Positions 12,390 to 25,796 of a DNA stretch of 64,000 nucleotides are shown in pieces (positions within the stretch are counted from its first letter, which is position 1; every line of letters begins with the position of its first letter). The notes below the pieces were generated by a model. It did no database searches, was not told the origin of the DNA, and saw only the letters and a program-made list of their open reading frames with translations. The position numbers and the translations under genes are program-made. Source of the stretch: Takakia lepidozioides (Eukaryota > Plantae > Bryophyta); the NCBI GenBank assembly GCA_030704615.1, contig CM060734.1, positions 55,986,001-56,050,000 on the forward strand, written 5' to 3'.

Positions 12390-13665
12390 TCAGCACGACT
12401 GACGCACTGTGCAAGCGACAGCCTGAGCCCAATGCCGCAATCTGTTCTTCACCTGAGAAGGATGGTCACCTGCATCATCAAAAGAACAAAACCCATCAGA
12501 CTTGCCATGGTCCGATTTCACAATGGGTGACATGCACCTGACATAGCAGTTTGGCGAGGCAAGGGAGGAGGAAAGGGGGACTTAAAAAAAGTGACTACAT
12601 CATGAGCTTTCGATTAAAGTGCTCGTAAGACACGAAGTGGCAGCATTTCGGCAGAAGCAACTATATCATTGCAATCGCTGACCCGAAACGAGGCAAGCTT
12701 TCAAAACAATTGTGGAGCAAAGGGTGTTTACCAGGACTTGCAATCCGCCAGGACTCCATGGGAGAAGTCTGTAAGCTGCTTCCATTCGTGGATCCATCCA
12801 GAATATCATTGCTTTCAAGAGTCGACACCGGGGACAATCTAGGTGCATCTTTGTACTGCTGGGATATGGCGTAGCACAACTCTAAGGCTGGCAGCGTGTT
12901 GCGAAGCTCCAAATCGTGATCATTGCTGAAGCCGAATCCAAGGTCTATACACCCTCTTAACTCGTCCAGGTCCTCGTCAGTGAGACTCCTGGTCCTTACA
13001 TGAGACCTTTCGGCATGGAGGGGCCATGTTCGATCGCCACAATCGGATACACTTCGTCCCACAGCCTTGGCCTTCATGTTTTCATTGATTTCATTCATCT
13101 CATCCAGCAATACTCTATCTCTTCTTCTCACCCATGCCTCTTCTCTTGCCTCTTCCCGTGACCCACGGCTGGCAAATGTCCTCCCCTTCAGAAACTTCTT
13201 ACGCCCGCTCGAGCCTTCCACATCCAGGGTGTCCTTCCTTGGTATGTCCACTGCGGGTGATGATACCCCATTGTCCGAGACCGTCATCTCAGGCCTCCAT
13301 CCAATTGGAGCAGACGAGACTCTAGAGATCTCTGGTCCCAAAGTGCCAGACGCATCAAGTAAGAAGCTAGCTTCATTCTCCAGGTTGTCTCCATGTTTCT
13401 GGCGGTAAGAGCCAATGCAAGCAAAAGGCTTCGGCACCGTCCCCCTCGGCACCTCCATCGGCACATTATCCCGCTCTTCAAGAGAAAACACGTCGAACAA
13501 CTCCCTCTCTTCTACGAAATCCTTCTGGGCTGGAACATCAAACTCGCAGTCCACGTACGACTTCTTCACAGATCGAGAGTGAAACGGCATACCCTCCTGC
13601 ACGAAACTTTCTCTGATAATCTCCAGCCCATGCAGCACTGCCAAGTCACCGCCTTTCTCCATCAT
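12390..13665 (-). CDS. DUF1685 family protein; exons 13665-12732 and 12469-12390
   Basis: RTRSLTDEDLDELRGCIDLGFGF..LRNTLPALELCYA, then WRIASPG|DHPSQVKNRLRHWAQAVACTVRQSC*; canonical splice sites. Confidence 0.9.
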
Positions 13666-14249
13666 CCTGCCTCCAAAGAAGGTATCCGCCTCTGCCTCGT
13701 CGACGACACTTCAACAATGCACTGACCCCTTGTCTGTGCAGTATAAGCACCTTCTGTAAACAGATGCTAGCAGCAGCAAGCACGAACTAGAACCAGGTAG
13801 CAGCTCAAGCATAGAAATACAAACACTAAAAACCCAGTGGGCAGGTCAAGCGTTAAGAGTCCCAATATCTCATCACAACTGCTCCTAAGAGACGCAAATC
13901 GACAGCCGAGTAAAACATCAAACTTTGGCAGCAGAGCTGACTGCCGTAAACCAGGTCCAATGCCGTCGCATCCACCACCAAGGGGACCCAAACAACGCAA
14001 AAGCAGAACACACCTCACTACAGAAGACAAAACGCAGCGGAGGAAGGAATGTCCCCCGAGCACCACCGCCTCTCTACCCGAACTAAAACTGCGGTCTTGC
14101 CCTTATTAGAGCAGAGCCGAAAGAAGGATCCTACACTATCTACACAAATAGATATATCAGAGTATGCTAGTGATACAAGTAAAGTTAGTACGGTTGGGCC
14201 AACCACTCTACTTGAGAATTCGCAGCCGAAGGAGAAAACTTAAACAAGA

Positions 14250-14720
14250 AGAAGCTTGGTGCAGAGAGAAGAGAAGAGAGCAGAGTCTTCGTGCGGTAGC
14301 GTGACCCGCCCGCCCCCGCCCAGGCTGGCGTTGAGTGTGAGTGTATGTGCTCGCTGGGCCGCCTTGCTCCTCCCCCCACTTGACTGCTCCGGGGTCCCAC
14401 CCGCACACGCTCTTTCGTCCACGCGGCTTCCGTCGCATATTCCGTCCGCACTGCCCGAGGCTTCGACGAATTCCGACAGCCGTCAGAGCGGACATGCTGA
14501 TGAATATCCTGTGACCTATCGGGGGTAGGTGACCGGGTGACCGGGTGGCCGCGGGCAATGATAAGGTGGGCCACGGGCCATTAAGTGCCACCCGTCCGTC
14601 CGTTTACGGACGGGACGGTGGCAGGCCCGTCGCGCTTTGGTGAGTCAATTCGACCACAGCAGCCCGTGAGGCAATGATCAGTTCGGGCAGCCTTCCGTAC
14701 CTGCCCGATGAGTCGGTTGA
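14250..14720 (-). promoter_or_regulatory. CG-rich putative promoter/5' region of the DUF1685 gene
   Basis: Sharp rise in CpG/GC, with a CT-rich leader-like tract on the minus strand upstream of the CDS. Confidence 0.4.
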
Positions 14721-16159
14721 TGAAAGTTGAAAGTTGAAACCACCTTTATTTTATTTTATTTTATTTTATTATTTGGGAGCATTTTTTTTAAATTATTCGC
14801 GCGTTATTCGGGAGCATTATTCGCGCGTTGGATAAGAGGGGGGCGACGCGTTGAAGGGAGGTGGGGGCGGTGCGGAATGTCACGTGGTGTAAAACCGAAA
14901 GATGGTGCATAGTTGTAGTCCCTTTGTGACGCCACATGGTTGTTTAGACACACGGTGTGAAAGGACGAAGCTCCGTGTCCAAAGTATATGTTACACCGCA
15001 ATGTTTACTACCAAAAATGGAACCAAGCGGACGGACAAAATTTGAATATAACTATTTAGTTGATCCAATTACGTGTAAAGTGTTTTTCTTAGAAATAAAA
15101 TGTGGGCTTGCCCATTTTTAGGGCATGACGATGCAGCTGGCAGTCAATGAAAGACATAAAAATTTGTTTTGTACTAGTTTTTTAGGGCGACCAAGGTGGG
15201 AAAAAGCTCAGGATGTAAAACAAAAAACGGAGGGATACCAGAACAGATTTTGTGCGTTTATTGACAAATTAAACCGCATTTCCCTTTTTTTTAAACACTA
15301 GAAAGAAATAGAAAAAGACCCATTTCATTGAGAAAAATAATAGCCTTAAACTGTTATTGGTCTATTCTGTTCATATTTAACTCTTGAAAATACTATAGTG
15401 TTTATAGTCTATTCGAGTCTTTATACATTAGAGTGTGCTTTTGATAGCTCCGTCTTTCTCCGACTTCTCGTGAGTATATATATAGATGTATTATATTATC
15501 TAACTATCCAAGAATATAAACTCAAGTGCAACCAAAACACAATATACATGTGTGCTTTGGATTTTTGGTTACAAAACAATTAGAGTAAGAAATTGTGACA
15601 AGGATAGAAATCACGAGGAAAGTGTGGTGATGAAAGTCCTAGCTTCCATTGTACTGCAGGGACGCAGATTCTTTGAAGCGAAAGCAGGATGGGAGGTGGA
15701 GTGATTCCCAGGCTGCTTCAAAGCAACCGCGGTGGGTCCGCACCATCAAAAGAGGCAACCCTCACCCTCCACGGACCCCGGCTTTATGCAACGACCTTCA
15801 CTCACACACTACCTACCCTTTCCAACCGCACTAACCGCCCACCTTGCACTTGCTTTTGCCTAGCGACACACCGTCCTACAAACACCAGTATAATGAAAAG
15901 TTATACAACCGGCGCATTGCTGCTGAATATTTAATTATTACAGAGAAGGTAGGTCCGACACCTAAATTTAGATTTTTACAATTTTTGAACAAGTTGGTCA
16001 CATACATTTAAATTACCTCTAGGGAGGTAATTAGGGTATGTCCTTTAGAGGATAACCCTAATGCAGAATTCCTTATTGCTTCGACATTGAGGTCATTACT
16101 TTTCTGAATATTTCAAATTAATAAACGCCGGACATCGAAGGACTCTACGGTATAGTTGG

Positions 16160-16760
16160 ACACAATGGACACAAAAACTGTTGTTTTTTAGGCCATTAAT
16201 CCGCACCACAATGACCTCCATGGAACTTAACTGTTGGTTAGGAGTGGAAGCAAATGAACAGAAGATATAGTGGGACAAAATGATATTGTAAAATTGTTGA
16301 TTTTACGGGCATTAATCCGCACAACAAGTTCCTCCACGGTAGTAAAGGACTTGCAAATGGAACTGTTGGTTAGGGGTGGAAGCAAATGAACAGAAGATAT
16401 AATGGGACAAAATGATATTGTAAAATTGTTGATTTTACGGGCATTAATCCGCACAACAAGTTCCTCCACGGTCGTAAAGGACTTGCAAATGGAACTGTTG
16501 GTTAGGGGTGGAAGCAAATGAACAGAAGATATAATGGGACAAAATGATATTGTAAAATTGTTGATTTTACGGGCATTAATCCGCACAACAAGTTCCTCCA
16601 CGGTCGTAAAGGACTTGCAAATGGAACTGTTGGTTAGGGGTGGAAGCAAATGAACAGAAGATATAATGGGACAAAATGATATCGTAAAATTGTTGATTTG
16701 AGGGCATTAATCCGCACAACAAGTACCTCTACGTCGTAAAAGGACTTACAAATGGAAATG
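16160..16760. repeat. 132-bp tandem repeat, about 4.5 copies
   Basis: CTGTTGGTTAGG anchors at 16231, 16363, 16495 and 16627; inner copies near-identical. Confidence 0.95.
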
Positions 16761-19595
16761 ATGTAGGGGGGGAAAGAGGTTGACCATAACAGTATTCCAA
16801 GCCGAGGGCAGAAATGAAAATGAGGTATGAGTGTATATGATACCCAGGCCACACATGACGGATGCAAAGCCTCAACGTAGGACCTTGGCGCACAGCGGTG
16901 TCAGGCCGTTCCTAAGCGCCCGGCGCGTCCGCTCGACGTAGTTTTCTCACGCAGGAGAAACTGCCTTATGCAGATGGAAGTGCGTTCCTTGAAAGTTGCA
17001 ACCTGTAGTAGGGCGCCACCAATGTGGGAAGGCCATGAGAGCCAAAAAAAAAAAAGAAAAAAAAAGGGAGGAAATAACGTTATACTAACGTCACCGTTTC
17101 CTTGTTGGATCTTAGCAACCAATCCGTGCTGTTGAAACTGGGTCCCACCAACGAGCCACCTAGGAAGGATGGGGCAACGTTGGGGAAGACGCCGTTCTCC
17201 GACTTGCGTCCTGCCAACGGAGGCAAATGGTATGTGTGGCCTGGCTATGAGCTGGTTTCCAAAGCACTGTGGTCGGTGAGCATGTCCTCAAATTCTGGAG
17301 ACTGGGGCAGGTGCTTTACTGTACCGGATGATGCATGATCTGAAGCTTCCAATCCGGATAAGTTGCAAAGGTGTGTTTGTTTCTTGTATGTTATTAAAGA
17401 GATGGGCTCGTGGTGCAGAATAGGAAAAGCATATTCTTGCCTCTTTTTCTGTTTTCTTGAATGGGAAAAGATTGGAGCCCAATTTATTTCTCAACGTGGG
17501 TATGCCTAAGTTTGCTTTCTTTGGCAAAAAAAAAAAAATCTTTAAATTTAAAAAGGAGCGGAGCCCTGTTCATCAAATTAAGGCACCAGGAAAAAATAAC
17601 CTGGCAAGTTGTTTAAAGCAAAGACATGTACAGCTTGAGGGCATTCAAGTAAGCAATAATAGGTAGTCCATATGGAGCTTCAGTATAATCTAGCTGGACT
17701 CCAAGTACTTTGGGGAGGTATGCAGTCAACGCTGCATGAACAGGGCTTCGTATTGCAACGGTCAATTACATAAACTGCTTACCTGCATTATAAATATCAC
17801 TAACCCCAGATTGGATGTGGATTAGTGGACCGTTGCAAACCTGAAGAGAAAACCGTTCGGGAATGTTCACTAACTCCGTCCATCATCGATCATTATGATG
17901 GGCTTTAAAACCCAACCCATGAATAGATGGAGCTGAACGGATTTTCATTTATATCTTTTCCATTTCTTAATTTGAAAACAAACGAGAAGAAAAATAAAAA
18001 GTATTGGGTGCCCCGCTGCCGGGCCACATCCAGCTCAGTGAAAAACAGGGTGGCCCCCACAGCAAAGATGGATTGATTCTCCTGCACTACTTACTAATGA
18101 GTCACAAAGGTGTACCCCACAAATCAATTGGCATCCAGAATGTTCTGATACGATACTTGCATTCATGGATGGAACCCATGTTCCAGACATCTGGTGTGGC
18201 TTGAGCTCTTCCATACATCAACAACCGGACGAACTAGGTTTGATGCGAACCCATGTGCTCAATTGTCGTGTCTTGCTAGCGTGCTTGGATTTCAAAACAT
18301 TTCGCACTTTCGTGCGTTGTCATATGCAAGTCCAGTAATGGCGTGTGCTCTTGCTCGCTGAATCCCCTCGGCCCCACTAAGGCCGGGTTTACATTGCAGA
18401 GGTAACCTCAAAGTTGCGGTAAAAATGAGCCTTGTTATGATGCTCAGGCCCGGGCAGGGTATGCTTCTGTCTACTTAAGTTGCTATATCACAAAACAAAC
18501 AAGTACTATCGTTACCTCCACATAGTTTTACGAGATCAAAATCAAGCTGTATCCAAGATGCAGAGAGAAGAGGAGGTTGAATACTGGGTATTGATGTGCA
18601 GTCATACCATATTTCGGCCAGAGGGATGGTTTCGAAAGTGGCCATTCAGAAACGTCAAACAGTTGGCACTCTTCCATCTCGTAACTCCCTCTATGTCATC
18701 TGCTAGAAGTCACACCTGAACCCACAGTTAGTAAACCTTGTGGGTGACAACACTACACCACATCCCCAAGCAAGCATGCTCATATTCATCTTGAAGCTGT
18801 GACATCCAACTAGGGGCCCTGATCTTTAGCACAAAACATTAAGAGATGCAAGTGCTATCTTGCACAACTGAGAGCTTACTACACAAGCACAGCATATCAG
18901 CAAGTGGAGTCTGCCTGCAGCTCAGCAAGTAACACATGTGAAACAAAGAGCCTTTACTACATCCAGGCCTCTTGATAGTGGGCTCTGCGTTACATGCAGA
19001 GTGCTGCCCACCTTTGCCGGTACATGTGTAATTTTACAAAAAAGACAAACATAGTGTCAAGAGTGTGCCTCATTCTCCTGCAATGGCTTCCTTAGCTTTC
19101 AATAAATGGAGCCTTGCTTGGCAGACATTGCCAAAGGGTATAGTGAACTAAGGATTTCCTATGCAGTACCTTGTAAACAGGGAATGGGAAACACATAAAA
19201 CTGGTTATTTAATGATGATATCTAGAGTCTATCAGCCAAGGACTTCCAGTATGCATTCCCTACCCGTCTCCTTTTCCTCTACACCTTATCCTTCAAAACT
19301 GGAAAAAAAAAACCTTCTTTCTCAGTTCCCTCAATCTGAATGATTTCGCCTTGCACACTGACTATAGATGCAATCGCTGTACATCTGGCTGACAATTAGA
19401 GGATTGAAACACTTTCTGTGACACAAATAGCCGATGAGAGTAGTATAGGCAAGAATCCCTCCATGCCTGTCGTTCTTAGGAATGGCCAAGAGCATCGGCA
19501 GCTGAATGCACTGCTGGCAAAACCGGCCCTGCTTCCCACAGAGGCATACACCCCTTCATTGAGCATGGGTATTAGCAGGCAGACATTACCTGCTA

Positions 19596-22500
19596 TCATC
19601 TGCCAACATCCTCCACCGATCCAATAGACAAATGTTTATAACCATCTGTTGCTTCTGTGGCTGTGGCAGTTTTTGTAACCCGATCCATCTCTTCCTGACT
19701 TATTTTCTCATCTCCAGTATTACTTAGCTCCGTGCTCCCAGTTGCAGGCTGTTCATCCACTGGTTCTATCAACTCTGATTTCTCTGTCGAGCTAACCTCC
19801 GGTATAGCGTTCTTGTGAACACCTGAAGTAGAGGAGCGTAGATTACCACGTGCAGGCTCAGTTGCTGTACCAGCTACATTTGCATCAACTGCTAGAGTCT
19901 CCTGTGCGTCCTCTTGGTTGAGCGTATTTGAAGCTTGCTCAGTATAAGCTGGCTCCTGTGCATGCGCACCTCCCTGTGACATGTGATTGATTGTGCACCA
20001 TGAAACGAGCCGTAATTTGATAACCATTTCTTTAAGAAGCAAAGCAGTTGAAGCGAAATGTAAAGCAGGTCAACTACCCTTTGAGACTCTCTGAACTGAT
20101 AGTGCTACCAGAAAGGCAGTAAACAGGCAAATTGAAGGACTAGTCCCTCTGCATTAGTCAATCCACTCTTTGGAGAAAGAAAATCACATTGAAGGAGATG
20201 GTCACACGATCGATTATGACTTGCAGAAAAATTAAAATCAGAGAGGAAAAACAATCCCATGAAACTACAGAAGCCCCCATTGGCTCATTCACATGAATTG
20301 GCCGACATGATCAAATCCTTCACTAAAAGAAGACAGGTTCAGAGAGAAAAACAGGGACATTCCTGTCTAACTCAGAAATTGAAGGCCCCATTGGCTCATC
20401 ACCATTAATGAAGGCCTGGAAATAGGACAAAAGATTATTCAATACCTGCTGGTGCTGCTCACATGGTTGCTGAACCTGTTGTCTGGCTCTTTTTTCCTCC
20501 ATTGCTTTCTCCCGATGGTCATAAAAGTCGTAGTCATCTAAAATAGATGTTTTGTGGGTGTAGTCTTTGAAAATATTCAGCATCTCAATTCCCTCATTAA
20601 GTTTTACCTACCATCAACACCAGATATCTCAGTATCATAAACTTGGACCAATGGACTTAACCAAGGATGCACAAACCTTCAACATACATGGAAAATAACC
20701 TAATTATCCTCGATCTCCTTATTTAATAGGGAAGTGTCATGCGACATCCTGATGTGCCATGGAAAGTTTACAATAGCTAGAACTTTGCCAATGCAAGCTG
20801 TAACACAGAATGTGAAGGGCCTGCTACAGGATATATCAACAAGACCATCTGAGATCAAAGAGCTTACCTCCTGAGTGTCTCTGCTGTTGGTTACGGGTTT
20901 ACTGTCATTATTCTCAAGAATGATATGGCGGAACTCAGGGTTGGGAATGTCCTTGATGAAGTGCCATTTCAGCGCAAACTGACCATTCCACTTGTCTTGC
21001 TGCCAGAAATTCAAACTGTTCTGGAAATCTACAGGACCTGTCATCTGGGCAACACCGCAGAACTGTCCACTTGCATTGACCTGAGAAGGCAAGCCAAGTG
21101 TTAGCATTGAGAAGCTTTACTTCTTGACAAACAAGCCTAGGAAAGAAAAATCTGTGGGTGCCCGGCTAGACCAGTTAAGAAGAAGCTCCCAGGTACATGG
21201 TCTACTTCATCTGGAATGAAACTTTTTCTATGTAGTTTCGAATCAAGAAGAGAGGCAGGAGTGTAACAGCAGCTTACTGAGAAGAACAGGTAGACAGGGC
21301 AACTCCCACCAGCTTTCTCTTGTGCTTCCTCAAATGCTCCTTGAAGTCTTTTATTCCCAGTAAGAGTGCTGGCCCACAGGGAGTACTTTATGCTCTTGTG
21401 CACATGATCTTCACTGTAGGATTTAATTACAAAGAACCTAGCTTGCTTGAGTGTTGTAACAAAGTCAGATCGGTTGTACTCATCCCTATCGGCAAGAGTG
21501 TTGAGAGCCTCATCGTTCCCAGATGAACTCGCCCCCTGGCCTCTGGTGTGCCTAACAACCCCCCCTGGAGGTGTGCGCTGGTTCCTAGTTCTTGTCGTTC
21601 GGGGTCCTCTATTTTTCATATTATCTGGGGTTCCATCACCATGGCTCATTGGTTCACCACCCCTTCCCCTCTGCTTTTCCTTGTCACCACCCATCCAACC
21701 ACTTCGTCCATTTTGCCTTGACTCCATCCCATTGCCTCCTATGCCACGACCTGCCTTTCCTGAACCGGTGGGGCCAATAAGAACTTTTGATAGTGGTGGA
21801 TAACCTCTTGCCAGAGCCCCAGGTACAGGATGGGGTGATGCTGATACTGAAGGAACCTGGTGCGGCTGAGCTGGTTGGATGCGAGTAATAGCAGGGAATC
21901 CAGGCCTTGGCAGTGGCTTACCACTAGCTAGGCCCCCGTTTGAGCCATCCACTCCTGGAGGCCCCAGCTCCCCTGCTCCTGATGCTGCCCCTGCAATTGC
22001 TGAAGGGGAAGCCAAATATTGGGCACCTGGATAAATGGGACTAGGATACTGGAAGGTCTGGGGCCCATAGAGCTGGTCATCAGCCCCAAAGGTCCCTAGA
22101 GCGTAGGGATTATAGGAAGGCTGTGATGCATAGCCATAGGCAGCAGGGAGGAATACTGCTCCATTGTCACTGTAGACACCCTGCACAGCGCCATGAGCCA
22201 ATAACACGTCAACAGAATACCAAATATTAGCAACACAGCCGAACTTAGTGTTGCAAGGAAAAGAATCACTTCTCTCTTTGCAACTTACAGGGGGTGGAAG
22301 TCCCACTCCCTTGACGCCTCCATATCGAGAATATTCTTCCCATTGGCCTCCCATGGCACCTGCTACATGTAGAAGCAACAAGTTAGCATGACATTCTGTA
22401 TTCTACCATCTGCTTACACAAGAAGGTTGCATGCTCTGGAACATATTATGTACTCTTGAAGCACAGAACTAACCTCCATGAGGATACTCATACACATATC

Positions 22501-24668
22501 CATAACTATTTGGATTGCAGTACACCCCTGGTTCCGCAGATCGCTCATGTGTGCCATTGGTGCTTGCTGCATCTCTCCTTCTGGCTGATATAGTACCATC
22601 TTGACTAGGAGCCACCTGAATTGACACAGCAACGTCTGTACCTCAGACATGTTCCAGCCTCACAGTACTTCTCTTAAGCAAAGCTCCAGACGAGTTGAGT
22701 GACATGTTTTGAACTGTATGGGCACAGATATTTTTAGAGATTGCCAGTTTAGCTTAGAGTTTACAAAATTTGATATACTCATGAACAACTGTTTGCTTGG
22801 TAGGTCAAACCCTAATCTGATAGAAGGATCTAGTATGTCACAGAAAGAGAGAATTGTAGGATTGAACATTTCAACAACTAGAAAGTATAGGTTCTCTACC
22901 TAAGCCAGTCAGCATATGTATGCAATGGCTCCTACTTCACAATAATTACAAAAAATAGTACTAGTCACAAACCTCTGGAGTATCGCCAGATATATTTTTT
23001 GAGCCCACTTTTTCGCTGCCTTCTGAAACATCCCTCAAGTCAAAGGAACCTCTTTCATCCAACATTCAGTCCAAGGGCGAGAAATGATGGTCTCTCACAC
23101 AAAAGATTAATGACAGCCAAATAGGAGACACCTTTGCTAGTCACATGTCACAAGAGGTAGGTACTACCATTTCTTGTGAAGGGACTGCTATTGCCATATT
23201 CAACCACTGCCACAGGGGCAAGCAAAATTTGAGTTACTATGAAATTTTAAGAGAAAATGCCACAAGTTGCTGGGCACAAGCATAAATCAACTCGTTTCTT
23301 CCTCTACCCTAAGTCAAGCATACTGGCAGAGCTGCTCATCAAATGTCGGTTATAAAACCTAGCAGATACACACCAGGTATACCAGTGCATGCCTGAACAG
23401 AAGTTAGGGTGCAGTCATGCTTAAATATGTAGGATGCAATTGTGGGTGGAGCTGGAGATTGCAACATACTTACAGTAAACTTCTCACATGCAAATCTCAG
23501 TCACATTTCTCTGGTGCAGATGCCAACACACCCTCAACAAGTAAGAGATGGCATCAACTATTCGACGTTGGGAATGACTCCTCACACAGATGGTACAGTC
23601 AATGATCTATTCAGACTTGACAGACACTGTTCGGTTGGCTTAATTGTTCTGTTCTGCTAGAGTTCAGTAGTGGCAGACCATAATGGCACTGGATCATCAA
23701 GACCGCTGAAGGGCCTCCTGTAGTTACCAGAACTTGTGAAAGATTGCCTTCTGGTTTCTTCTTTAGGGCTTAAAAATTACAGGCAAAGACAAGTCGATCC
23801 TTGAGCTGCAGGAGTGATAACAAGTAAGTGAAAATAGCATATATCATAATTTGTCCAGGTGAAAATAAAAATCTTCACTGTTCCTATTAGGAAGTGTATT
23901 TCTCAAGCTAGAAGCTTCTGAGATCACGACAATAGGAGTTGTAAACGCAAATGCAAAGAGCAGCTCAACCTCAAGAGACAAATGTCGTTCAGGTTTAGCT
24001 CCAGCTCTACTAGCATTCACCTGGTGACAATTGAGGAGGATGTGTAGACAATATCAAAACCCTTTGGAGAAGAAAGGTTAAATCACACCCTACAGGACTG
24101 CAGGAAGGAAGCCTGTATACCTCTCAAGAGCAGCTCTACCTACGCAGACAGGTCTCTTGCCTCTTGCGGATTAACTGAATACATGTCAATCACGATATCG
24201 TGATTCTCAAGTTGTGTCAGCCGAACAAGCCGACTTCTAGTTTAATCCGGCAGAAATTCATAAGCCTTCAAGACAGGAGTACAATGCGGAAACTGCATCC
24301 CGACTCATGGGAAATTCATGAAGCAGCAAGCTTCACAAAATCTTATTGACAAGAGGGATCAAGTTCATACAGTCGGAAGTGGAAAGCATCGACCGCACTC
24401 TCCATAAATAGATATTGATATAGAACACATGCATTGCTATGCACACAGACACAACCTACCGGTGTGGGAGAGAAATAGAATTGACGTTCAAGATCAAATA
24501 GTCAAGAAGGCTTGCTGTTCAAGTTAGCTGACACATCCAGTTAGCACAAAGTGAGAGTCTCCCCCGTCCCATCCACCCTGTAGCCATTCCACAGTAAGTA
24601 CGAGTCCTCCAATCCAAAAAATCAGCACTGCATAGGATACGTTCTGCAGGCTGAGCGACTGCTGCCAT
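19596..24668 (-). CDS. YTH-domain m6A reader (ECT/YTHDF family), multi-exon
   Basis: Start exon MAAVAQPAE (24668-24641); Y/P/Q/G-rich region; YTH domain [28 protein letters not shown]|[29 protein letters not shown]|[12 protein letters not shown] with cage tryptophans intact. One early exon unresolved. Confidence 0.92.
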
Positions 24669-25796
24669 TGTTCCCAGAGTCCCAAACCACCGGAAATGAA
24701 CCCGACCAGCTTCCTCAACGATAATAGATCCAGCTACGGTATCTGACCTCCAATTCCAGATGCCAACTTCCAATGTTTGTTGCAAAGACCACCTCAATCC
24801 CGAAGGAATCAATCAAGAAGAAGACCCGATGGCAAATCCTTCAAGTAAATCCACACACTGCCGAAAACTGAACAATCTTCTATCCAATTGAGTCTGGTGG
24901 AACCGTCGCAAACTCCGCAACCAATGTTTGGGAAATTCTTCCGTGAAAACCAAATACATCAGCCTCAGTACACCTGTAAGCCCCCGCCCTGCCCCTCCCA
25001 CAATAAACTGCAAGAATTAATGGACCTCTCTTCAGATCCCACCCGCCAACCCCTCCCTCCAATCGGCATCGACCGCACCGCAACTTCACAACCAATTCCG
25101 AAGATAAATCTCCTCATAGTCCCCAAGATTCCCCAAGAGAAGAACGCGCGAGTCGATCGATCGCAAGCATCAACGCACCGCTCCTCTCTCTCGCACACCA
25201 AGACAGGCACTCTCGCAGACTAGCGCTCTCCTCTCTACGTACCTAGACCGAGTATACTTCGTATCTCACTGGTACTATACGTGAATTTTAGCACTTTCCA
25301 CAGAGCGCCAAGGCCCAAGACTGCTAGACCAAGAAATTTCGAATTTTTTTTTAATATAAAGGGGATAGAGGCCCTTTTAATCAAATTAAATCAGATAAAT
25401 GTTCACAAAAAGGTGGAAAAAATAACCACCAGGGAGGCCGTAAGGCTCACTCAGGGGGAACACCCCCGTAACCACAACATTCGAGCTACAAGCAGGGAAA
25501 AAAAAGGGGGGGGGGGGGGGGGGGGGTGTTTGCAGGGATGTCTCATCCCGTGCACAAAGAGGAAACTGGAACTAGAAATCTAGGCATGATAAGTAACATA
25601 AAACCAAGCCTAAGAATGATGACGGGCAGGGAAGATTAAGAAGACTTCAGATAGTTCAAGGAAGCTGTATCCTATGACACGAAGCCAGAGAAAAGATGAA
25701 AGAGGGCCAAGTACTACAAGCTAAAACCTCAACTGGGTCCTGAACTTGGTCACACGAGGCTTCTTGTGTCTCCAATTAAAATCCGCATCGTCTACT

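Noticed and set aside
16227-16649. 140-aa repeat protein ORF
   Set aside because: By-product of a 132-bp (multiple of 3) tandem repeat; no other coding evidence.
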